Assembly (NCBI RefSeq): GCF_964204645.1
Contig: NC_134025.1
Span: 21,680,299-21,744,298, forward strand
From: Tubulanus polymorphus
Taxonomy: Eukaryota; Animalia; Nemertea
DNA length: 64,000 nucleotides
Direction of reading: 5' to 3'
Shown: positions 11,366 to 22,500 of the stretch, in pieces
Layout: each line of letters begins with the position of its first letter
How positions within the stretch are numbered: position 1 is the first letter of the stretch
Notes under the pieces: generated by a model
Seen by the model: the letters and a program-made list of their open reading frames with translations, nothing else
Database searches by the model: none
What the model was told of the DNA's origin: nothing
Made by a program: the position numbers and the translations under genes

Positions 11366-14300
11366 ATGTCAGTGATAATAGAAACATCTCTCGGCGATAT
11401 CACCGTTGATTTGTATACGCAGGAGAGACCGCGATGTAAGTTTTTATCGTGCATTCGTCGATTCGATTCAACAAATTCAATTCAATAGTTTATATTTACA
11501 GGTAGCTAAAGTTTTGTCTGGATACCAATCGATGAAAGGGTCTGGTTGGCTAGATACTAGACTGGTAGATAGTTAGGTTGCCTCGTTGGTGCCAAACTTT
11601 TATAATTGGATTAGCTTCGCAAAATGCCCGACCATCAAAACTAAACCTATTAACTAGTCTAGTACCTAGCCGTTGTTCCTGAAACAACGGAACCGTAACA
11701 CAGACTGGTATTCAGACTAAACTAAACCAAGACTCGTGTAGTCTTGTCTTTTGTGAGTCAGGGGTTAACAGACTCTCAAGTCTAATGTCTATTTCAACCT
11801 GACTTGAGAGCATTCCTGGTGGCCAAGCTCAGTCAGTTTTGGTAGTACATACCTGATGAAAGTCTTATTAGGACCAGAATGCATTGGCAGCTGAACTAAA
11901 ATATCGTTTTTTAATCCACTTTAAACTGTATAGAAGGATATCCAAAAATTCTGCATTGAGAGGGGTTCCTGAGAGAAAAGAGACTCCATGATTTGAAAGT
12001 TTAACAATATGTCTCCATGCCTACCAACTGAAGCTTGGTACGTAGGCATGGAAACATATTGTTAATTTTTCAAATCATAGAGTCACTTCTCTTCATTTAA
12101 CCCCTTTCAGTGAAGACTTTTTGGATATCCTTCAACACAGTTTCAAATGGATTAAAAAATGATGATTTAGGTCGACTGCCTGTCCTTTCTGGCCCTACTT
12201 AGACCTTTATCAGGTATGTACTACCAAAACTGACCGAGCTAGGCCACTCGGAATGCTCTCAAGTCAGGTGGAAATAGACATTACCGGGTAATTATCATTA
12301 TTGTAAGGCAGTGATGTAACCGAATCAACTGACACACCAAGGGGAACAGTCGTTCAAAAGATTGTTGTTCTGTTTAATTGTTCATTATTCGTTAATTGTT
12401 AACCAATTGTTAATCATTTAGATAAATGCCTTTATCATCAGATGTGAGATGAGGACAGGGTGATCACTTTAACCCCTGAAAATACTCTATTAGTATTATT
12501 TATACATTATATTGCCTTCTACTTGCTTATCAACTTTTCTTTTTACCAGGTTGTCTGAACTTCTTAAAACTCTGTAAGATTAAGTACTACAATTTCAACC
12601 TATTCCACTCCGTTCAGGTAGGATAATTGTCAAACGTGTACAGTTAAAAGGATTGGTCTCATCAGAACTCAAATAAATCCTTATGTTATTGGAATTCTTT
12701 GATTTAAATCACATTTTTAGCAAAATCTGGTGGCTCAAACCGGCGATCCTGATGGAACTGGAAGAGGGGGTGCATCGATATATGCGTACGTAAAATTTGG
12801 CACAAATTTTGTTTTAAAGTAACGCCCGCAAAGGTAGGCGATTTAGATATTGAGTTCTGATTATTGAATGTTTCAGTCACTTGTACGGAGACCAAGCCAA
12901 GTTCTTCGAAGCCGAAGTCAAGCCGAGAATCAAACACACAAAACGTGGAATGATTTCGATGGTGAATAACGGACAGGACTTGCATGGGTCACAGGTATTG
13001 CACCGTTTTCTTGAAGATGAACTTGTTTCTTTAAGCATGTTTTGACATTTACTTCGACCTGTTGTATTACAATATACAGGCCTATATACTTGTGTGAGGA
13101 CCCAATACATGATGAGTAGAGTTGTAGAGGAGCTGTGCTTAAACCTGTCTTTGTCAAATTAGAAAAATATTCTCTAATTAGTTTCACTCTCCCTATGGTC
13201 ACCGTACTGTTTCCTCATTTACCTTATTCATTTACCTGATGATAAATTCAAATTCAAATCAAGATTTTATCAAAACTTGTGTGAAATTGCTTGAAAGAAC
13301 CAGTTAGATTAGTGAATTGTAAGTTGAATATTAAGAAACAACATTTTGGCTGTTCTACAAATTTTAAGAAAACTTCCGACGAAATTTCTTAAAATTCCCA
13401 ACCCTGGACTAATTTCGTGGTTCAAGATGATTGTCCATATTATCATTGAGTGCCAGTGGGCTTTACCAGACAAATAGTACATATCGTTACTTTTAACTTC
13501 CGCACTACCCTACACTTTCTTACCTCCAAACTTCTCAAAGATCACCAGCGTAAATTTCCCCATGTTTTACGTCTATATTAGAGAATAATTTGAATAGGTT
13601 TCAACATTTTTCTAAAACGCTTTCGTTCTAGTTCTTCATTACTCTGGCCGATGAACTGGACTATTTGGATGGTGTACACACCGTATTTGGTGAAGTCGCC
13701 GAAGGTTTTGATGTTCTCGATAAGATCAATGAGACGCATTGTGATCAGGAAAACAGGCCTTTTAAAGATATCAGGTTGTAATCTGTTCCAGTTTTTCCGG
13801 TTCACGCCTTGGAGAATTTTCCATGTGATTCTTAGGGAATAAATATTACCTCAACTTCTTTCCCCGACCTCCTCCCTCCATCTACTCTTTCATTCAGCCA
13901 ACTCCCTCCCTTATATTTTCACATCCACGGGGAATTTTTAGCTATTACTATTTGAGTTTCTAGTTGAGTAGAATCTATAGAATGACTATTTAATCCAAAT
14001 ACTCATCTGTGTAATCAATGTTACTAGTTCTGTCTGGTTCCAATTCATCATTCTCGTATCTGCCTCTGATTTTGAAGGCAGTCGGACTCCACCAAAGCAC
14101 GAAATCCTATGCAAACATACCGAAGCAACTAACTGATGCTGCAAAATGCAAGATACCATCAAACAAATACACGCTTGGGGGGATTTTTTCTTCTGTATCC
14201 GTGATTCGTCTTAACTATAGCTAGACAGGATTGTTAAACAATCTATTGTGTTGTCATGTTTGATTTCCTCATATTTTCAGGATTTACCACACTGTCATTC

Positions 14301-17300
14301 TTGATGATCCATACGATGATCCTGCAGGCATTGTCATACCCGATCGGTCACCAGAACCGACTAAAGACCAACTTGACGTATGTAGTGATCGTTTCTCTGA
14401 ACTCATCTTCTAATCTATAATGAATGTTATGAATTTTTCTGGAGAATAGCCTCAAATGTGGAGAATAGATACCAGGTATATGACATGTAGCCTACAAATC
14501 TACAAATCTGAAAGCAAAATTTATTATTCAAAAATCAAAAACTTCTTACTGCCATTTCCACTCATCAGAACAAGGCAAAGTTCTGCTTTTATCGGGAAAA
14601 TATAGGAAACTTGAAAATTTGGTTGTGGTCCCCCTGTGACATCAGCATCTGCCCTCACATTGAGGGCAGGTGCTGATGCAGATGTCATGTCCAAGGTAAG
14701 GTACCGGTAGTTACTACCTCACCTCAAATCCTTAATAAGTATTTCTGATTTCCCGTCGTTATTTTAGAGCGGACGCATCGGCGCCGAGGAAGAGGTCGAT
14801 GACACGAAGGGTAAAACCAAAGAAGAAGTCTTCGAAATGACGAAAGACAGAGAGGCGAAAACGAACGCTCGCTTGCTGGAACTAGTGGGTGATATTCCGG
14901 AGGAAGATGTTGCGCCTCCGGACAACGTGCTGTTTGTTTGCAAATTGAATCCTGTTACTACGAGTGACGATTTGGAAATAATATTTTCGAGATTCGGTAA
15001 CATTGCAAGGCAAGTATTTTCGGCGTATACAGTAGAATTTTAACTCGAATCAACACAGCATAATTGGTACAGGCACCACTACTGTGGCAAGCGAGAATTC
15101 ACCAGGTTCACTAGTGATTACTCAGTTACCTTTCTTCAATTTCTTCTACATTCTGAATACCGGTACATTTCAATCAACTTTTTTCAAAAGGAAATCAATT
15201 TTCAGATAAGCATATAACCACTGAGTGGCTAAAGCGATCTTATACCTTTTCCATGACTTGAAAATATTTGGATTTGTAATCCTGAGAATTCAGTTTAAAG
15301 TTAATTGATAATGAGGTAATTGAGCGGTGTTTGGTGTGTGCCGGTACCTTGGCCCTGATTGGGAGCTGTGATTTATGTTCAGGTTAGGGAATCATTCGAC
15401 TTGTACGGGCTTTAAGTAAGAGGAGTCGACTGTTATAGTTGCTATATCTATCTGAGCAGATTCTTTGTTAGATGAAATGGCTCCCACAGAACAGGGAATT
15501 TGGCCAAGACTTGGGAATTTTGAAATGATGATTCCCAGTTTGGAAATATTTGGGAATTTGAAAAATTTTCCCTCAAATCAGGGAAATATTTTGGAAATTC
15601 GTTTACATTTCTTGTATTGCATTTGCCTAGGGCAATTCTCTTCAGCGATTTCCCTTGAAAATCACCTTTATCAACCAGTCACCACTAAAATGTTGACTGT
15701 AGCATGATGTATCTGTTCATTTCCATTTGGGAAAATTGAAAAGTCACCCATGAAAAACTTGGGAAAAACCTGGAAATTTCTAATTCATGTATATCTGTGG
15801 GAACCATGTGATGATTTACCGGTATCCCAACGTTCCGCACGATTTATACGAAAAAATAATGTGTGAATGAAAATTGTTTCAGTTGTGAAGTTATCAAGGA
15901 CCAAAAAACGCAAGAGTCGCTACAGTACGCATTTATTGAATTTGAAAAGGTTGGTCGGAATGAATCTTCAGTCAATTGATAGATGTGCTAATACAGTAAG
16001 CCTCGCTTTACTTGAACATGGCCAATTCCGACAAGACTAACTCGGACACAAAATGAATAAAATTACATTTTCTGACTTTCTAAGGTACTATACGATCCTT
16101 AACTATCCGAGTTGGTCCTAGTTAGGCGAGGTTTGATTTTTCTCATTAGATTTTTCATGAAAAAATGTGATATGAAATTATACGAATTTCTTTTTCAAGC
16201 CCGAAGATTGCGAGAGTGCGTATTTCAAAATGGATAATGTACTCATTGACGATCGTCGAATACACGTTGACTTCAGTCAGTCGGTCTCTAAGTACAAATG
16301 GAAAGGAAAAGGTATGTACGGGGTAAAGAACTAATTATCTTCACTAATTTGCCAGGTTGTTGCTTTAGATATCCAACTTAACCCTTTCAGTGCTGACTTA
16401 ATAATACCATAGTTTGAAAATTTTGAAAAATCTCAACCTAGTGTGCTGAATAACGGGAATACCACTATAGTGCGTATACACCGCAGCACGGTGGATCGTT
16501 AGTTACTGATATTTCACTATGTTTGACAGGTACTGCCATCTTTCAATAGAGATAAAAATTAATTAATTACATCAATACACCGCAGCGCGGTGTACTAGCA
16601 AAATCTATCACCGATTTATACACCGCACTGCAGTGTAGACGCACTGAAAGGGTGAAATGGCCCGACAGGTCAATATTTCTACAGTTGATTCCTCGTAATT
16701 TAGATCAATTTGGACCAGTGGAGTTAGGTTATACAGTCAAACCCGCTTAATCCAGATTTTGGTCTAACCCGGACATTACCGTATTATCAGTCCATTTGTT
16801 CATTAATAAACAAGAAAATGACTTTTAATCCAGATTTCCTGTAAACCAAACAAATTTTGTTGGTCCCGAATTATCCGAATTAAGCATGTTTTGTTTTACT
16901 GTAATTCATTGTGTATTTGTATATTTGTAGGCGGCCAGCCAGTTGATTCTGAAAAGAACGCTCCCGAGAAGCCTAGATTTGTCATCAAAGATAAATCAAA
17001 ACAAGGACAGTATCCTTTTATTTTCGTGTAACATTTATTATCCAAATACATGTTTAGATACATGATCTTTAAAATAATATTTACGATTAGAATGGGGGAT
17101 GTATTTTAGTTAACAAGTTGTATTTATTTAGAGACCTTTAGAGATTGTCCAGTTGGATCCCTGTCTCAAACAATAGAAATGAATATTACCAGTAGTCGTA
17201 TGTTGATATCAAGATAGAAGAGAGTGTTTTGTTGTGATGCAACGAATAAAATATGAAAAAGTTCATTTCGAGTATATGATCGCCGAGCAAACTGTTACCG

Positions 17301-18140
17301 CCATAATCTGTTTGAAATGATCAGTTTTATTCCTTGATCATTAATCACTAGTGGCTATGAATTGGTCGCCTCTGACGATGAGGAGTCGCCGAAAAAGAAG
17401 AAGAGCAAAAAGCATAAACGAAGTAAGAGCAGGAGCAGGAGCAGGAGTCCACAGCACAAAAAACATAAACAGGTAGGCATTCAATGATAAAGTAGACAAG
17501 TCTTATTCGAGCCATTGTTCTCAGAGCATGTAGGGGTAACAAGTAAGGTGGGCTGGTCATTCAGACCATCACCCTGTAGCGCCTTACTTTGTACGAGAGA
17601 TATTTCAGGTCAGGTACATTGGAAGTCTTTCTAAAAAGAGAGAATGTTCCATAAAATTGTCATCAACTTGGTCGGTTTTCCGAGTTGACCAGTATCGAGT
17701 ACATCATGTAATGCAGTAGAACTCGCCTTATTGAATGACTAGGAACTGCCCGAATTAAGTAAAATCCTAATTACGAATAATAGTTTACATGGTTCCAGGT
17801 TAAATGGACCAAATATTTCATCCGAATTTAGTGAAAATCCGGATTGAAAAATTCGAATTAATGAGTTCTACTGTACGATGAAGAATGTTTCACTGCAAGT
17901 CCATACTTTTCTTTTAAATTTCAACTTAAACATGACCTAAATGATCTTCAATTTCAGAAATCTCACCATAGCAAACGGCGCAGCAGTAGATCGCGTAGTC
18001 GGTCGAGAAGTCCAACACAACATCGCCGATCGGACAAGAAATACAGGAACAGGGAACGAAGTGCATCCGAAGAGAGAGAAGACCGAAGGCGGCATAACGA
18101 TCGTAATCGTGATCGTGATCGTAAATATTCGAGACGATGA
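11366..18140 (+). CDS. PPIL4: Peptidyl-prolyl cis-trans isomerase-like 4 (cyclophilin + RRM + RS-rich tail; 12 exons, ~454 aa)
   Basis: Exons 11366-11435, 12550-12617, 12721-12785, 12877-12994, 13632-13774, 14281-14377, 14768-15009, 15883-15949, 16200-16311, 16931-17009, 17352-17472, 17958-18140 (1365 nt, in frame). Motifs: [53 protein letters not shown]...YAFIEF...[24 protein letters not shown] tail. Confidence 0.95.
11783..12283. mobile_element. ~500 bp imperfect palindrome (foldback/MITE-like) in PPIL4 intron 1
   Basis: TAATGTCTATTTCAACCTGACTTGAGAGCATTCC...CAGTTTTGGTAGTACATACCTGAT pairs with ATCAGGTATGTACTACCAAAACTG...GGAATGCTCTCAAGTCAGGTGGAAATAGACATTA. Pairing continues inward to a centre near 12030. 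Confidence 0.8.
16382..16652. mobile_element. piggyBac-like MITE in a PPIL4 intron
   Basis: TTAA-CCCTTTCAGTGC ... GCACTGAAAGGG-TGAA: 12 bp TIR with CCC/GGG ends and a TTAA-type target site (right copy degenerate). Internal palindromic repeats CACCGCAGCRCGGTG. Confidence 0.7.
16734..16901. mobile_element. Tc1/mariner-pogo-type MITE, family A copy 1
   Basis: TA-CAGTCAAACCCGCTTAATCC...ATCCGAATTAAGCATGTTTT...ACTG-TA; internal sequence shared with 23392-23571. Confidence 0.7.
17010..17351 (+). other. U12-type (minor spliceosome) GT-AG intron in PPIL4
   Basis: Donor GTATCCTTT (17010-17018), branch site TTCCTTGAT (17330-17338) 13 nt upstream of the 3' splice site, no polypyrimidine tract. Flanking exon phases match (CA|T = His). 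Confidence 0.85.
17714..17873. mobile_element. Tc1/mariner-type MITE (degenerate)
   Basis: Termini CAGTAGAACTC ... GAGTTCTACTG-TA. Confidence 0.55.
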
Positions 18141-18315
18141 CCCGTACATTTTTTTTTCTATTTATCCCAATTTTTAATAACAAAACGACAAAAAGTTTTC
18201 AAATAAAAAACACGTACATTATCTTCATCATCTTATCTCGTTTATCGCTGGAGGCAGGATTATTTTGGCATGTGCGATCTTTCCAGTATCTTAGAAATTA
18301 CCTTATGAAATTACC

Positions 18316-18339
18316 GTGTGCGCGCGCGCGCGCGTGCGT
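18316..18339. repeat. Alternating purine-pyrimidine (GC)n tract
   Basis: GTGTGCGCGCGCGCGCGCGTGCGT, ~180 bp downstream of the PPIL4 stop. Confidence 0.8.
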
Positions 18340-19549
18340 TTGGCTTGTTGATGGAGGAGGCAATTTGGAATACTTGTCGTTTGAAGTACCGCTATGGAAT
18401 ATATTTATGAAGCCCAACTCTAGCATTTGAAACCATAAGGTGAAAAATTTATTATCCCATAATCTCACAAAATGCCGCAATATTTTGCCACAGGAAATAA
18501 TGCCACCGACAAAAATGCCACCTTTTTGCACAGTAAGTAAGAAATACTACCAGGAAAAATGAATTTCAATCCATAGATTTAAGCTGAACCGCAATGATTA
18601 TCAATCATCTCATTGTAGTAATAATGTGACAAAGTGACAAAAGAATTATGTTCAGAATTGTTCTGTGTTATCTAATTAAGACCAGCTGGTTGGTACGATT
18701 AGTGGGTCTGTTATTCGAATTAATTTTCGAGTATGTTGCTTCATTATTAGTTCTGACAATTATGTATCACTTGACTTTCATATTCAGTCTTTATTCAGCA
18801 CACATGTGATGGTATTCTTCAAAATGCCACGTAGAAACTGTGTATTCATTAATGATAACTGGCTTCTGGACCCAGACTTAAAGCCAAGGATTGGATTCTG
18901 AAAACTAACAATAACGCTTTCCAAATATTCAAAATCTCACATATCATCGCATATGAATAAAACATCAAGATCGGAGAAACGATTTCAGTTATCTGGATTA
19001 GAAATCAAAGTTCAGTAGTGTAAAGAATAAAAAACATGCTTGTGCAAAATCACCGAATTAATTAATGGTTTACCGAGAAAAACAGTAACGATTTAGGAGA
19101 AGGCTACCCAGTAATGGGGATATGAAAGTGATACATACGCTCCTCGAAATTTGAAATTGTCTCCTTGAAATGTCCTCGAATTCTGAAATGATTGATCTGT
19201 AGGGACCCTGGTCGTGTATCGTGATTCACCTGTCGATAATTCTATCTAAAAGTCTGCTCTCCGCAGCACATCTCCGGTCCGAATGACAATGAGCCTTTGT
19301 CCAGACCAACGTAACAACAAAACCCTAGTTTTTTATAGCAAGTTTATAATAGCTTGTTTCAGCAGTTTAGTTAATACACTTACAAAACTAGTAATTTCAT
19401 AATTTTATTTGAGTCATGTGGTATGAGAATAACATTTGAATAATCAAAGGTTGCGTTTACGTAATAATCGTTAAGAGATGAGCTGTTTTTCAAACGGAAA
19501 AGCGCCACACAGGACTCAAAAATATCTACGTATTCGTTCACTCAGCTGT

Positions 19550-22500
19550 TCATGAGTATTGGTCCAGTTTGCACGGCCAGGTTCTGAATTGAGGTCCTTC
19601 GTGCACCCACTTATTGGAAACTGAAAGATATGCACAAAAACGGATGAATAGTTAGAGGAATAAATCATCCAGCATGCACGGTGGCTGACTCAGTTCTTTC
19701 AACAACATTTCTTGCTTGTCTATACTGTTATTGTTCAGTAAAAAAAACCGTTCTGATAAGAGATTGAAGGCGGTGTCCTGTTTCTAATGATATTCATTCG
19801 TGATTCCCAGCTAGATAAGCTAGATGTGACACGGCGTGATATACCGTGAATTTTTCGTGAATGGATAGGTAATTTGGATTGAACAAGGGTATTGTATTTA
19901 AATACCGCGAGAATCAAGCTAACCCAAGCTAGCCATAACAGACCCGGCATCTATAGAAATGAACTGATTACAAATTTTATTGTGGTTTACAGAACGACCC
20001 GGCCGATAAGGAGAAACAATGTATCTTTTTTCGCCATAATGTTTTGGAATGATAGTTAATTAATGCTGGTGAATTTAGGAAGACGGGTATTTCGCCAATT
20101 ACGTATAGGCACCTGAGCGAGGAGTTGTTTTCTATGAGACCTACCCCATTTGGATCCGATCAGAACTGGGCACCCGGCGTGCAGAGTTCTAGTATCGTAG
20201 GATCCATTCCGTTTCAGATTCAACCAAAATACAGCTGCACCTTTCACAACAGGTACAGATGCGTCGGCGTACGGGAATACGGTGGATCCACCGAAAGATA
20301 CATCGTTCATCTATACGAAGATAATTCAGAAATTTTAAACATCGTTAACATCGAGTCTACTGTATTTGCCATTTTCTAAATGGAAGCTTTTAGAAATACT
20401 GTATCGAAATGTCACTGATTTTTGTAGTTAATCGTTTAAGCGTTTTAGTTAGACACAGTTGTCATATCTACTCAGTAATCAGTAGATTAAGACCATCGAT
20501 TGATATTCGTCTGATCCAGATGAATCAGAATTGTTCAACAAACAAGTAGATTTTAGTGTAAGTGAAACAATCAGTTTGACAGAGTCAGTTTGTAGCCGAG
20601 AAACAGAAAAGTAGATCGAATATTCGACATTATTCCGGTCGCTTAATGAAGGACGTGTACTAACGTAATACATCCACGTAGCCAGTCTGTTTCCAGATGT
20701 TTCCAGAAATGCAGGAAGGTTCCATCGATTGCCAGTTCCGATTTCATCCTACAAATAACGAAACCAGCTTGAATTTCGCGGCAAAGTACAGCATACGTAT
20801 CCGTAGTGATATATGAATATCATTTTATTTCAAAATGCCCAGTATTTCACGATTCACTACAGATATGTATCAAACTTTATCATCGTAGATCTGTGCATAA
20901 ATCTGCCCAGTTATCAAGTACACAGAATGAGAATGAAATGCTGAATTTAGGTAAATATTATTTCATTGGATTGAAAAGTATCTCACTACGCCAGTAGTAC
21001 ACGTATTCTTATTATATCGCCATATTGACGGGTGACGTTACATAAGCGGGCTTTTATCACATTTTTCAAATTTAGGAAATCAAGGATCACGATGGTCTAT
21101 TTCAATATACTTTTAGACTTAAACATAACATCGTATGAAATCCCTCGTGTACTTACGAAATAATCATAGTGTGGCTCGTACATGCCCCCTACTCCGTAGT
21201 TCAACACCTGTTGAAAGCAATGCAGAAAAAAACATGAATTCGAAATATGAAATTTTTCAGGGAAGCTTGAGTTAACTCGAAAGGGCTGATTACGTATATC
21301 TTCATCTTTCGCTGGGGATATATTTCTTCATTATCCATTCAATGTGGGGAATTAATTTTGGCCTTTATTGTCTTATGATTTCTATGTAAAGTTCGATACA
21401 TTTCCAGTGTAGAGACCCTCCTAAAACCAATATCTGTTATGAAGCTAATAGGTATCTCTACCAGAAAATGTTAGTTATAAAAAGTGTGGACCTACGGGTG
21501 CAAGGTAGGACCCCCCAAAACCTGAGGTCAAGTTGAGGTCACGCAACCAAAAAAGTCGACGACAACCAGTACATACTGCCTGTGTGTGTAGAGTATATAC
21601 AATCGCTTGTGAGCTCTCTATAGAGCATGCTGACTCAGTGTCAGCAGCCAGGCTCGACTACTTTGCCATCTATCGGGGGTAATAGGAACCGTCACTTGAG
21701 GCGTGACCACGACCTAGTCTCTTTGTTTAAGCTGTCACGTGAGGCGTGACGACGCCAACTAAAGAGTTTTTAAGTCTCCAAATACAATATCGTAAAAGAC
21801 GCATTGAAAATGAAAGTTCTTGGCTTATCGAAGATGTAACTGACCTGTAAATACTCGGCACCGCTAGCCCTCTCCAGAATATCCACGTTTAGACCAGTCA
21901 TTATCGATACACGTGTGGACAACGTTTTCACCACCGGGTCGGTATCGTCGATCCAACCCCTAGAACGTGAAAGATCCGTTCATTCCTAGTCGTGTCAAAG
22001 CCGTGTCTCTGTCAACCCATCGTTTTAATAGTTTAATAGTTAATGTGGTTATAACGTTCGAACCGATGAAAAATATGGCGTTATTACGAATTTGGCATTA
22101 TGAAGAATGATATTTTCATTGAATCTAATTTAGATTGAGCGAATTTGTTTTATGAAATATGTTGGCGTTTAGAGAGCAGTAGCATTGAAAACAGGATGGC
22201 GATATAACGGACTTTAACTGTACATGAAATCCGTATGAAATATCTTCCACGTGAAATCAAGCCATCATTGAGTAAATTTCTAGATTTGAAGTATAGATAG
22301 GCGAAGTTTAGTCGCCTGATTTGTGTTAGGGGACGCATATATCTATTTTCTTGAATAGTATCACAGGCGGTAATTCGATGATTCGAACAGGCTTCTTTTC
22401 GTCGCAAGATTTTCCTGCTGGACGAAACCGCAAACCCCCTTCTATCGGGTCGCCTTGAGCCCTACTCCGTACAAATCAAACCCCATGGATGGTAATATAC

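Noticed and set aside
11850-11885. CTGATGA followed by a small hairpin in the 500 bp palindrome, as a possible hammerhead
   Set aside because: No GAAA..UH half-core at the required position.
21661-21680. CTCF-like motif TTGCCATCTATCGG in a P4HA intron
   Set aside because: A single short match inside what looks like a repeat fragment; insufficient support.
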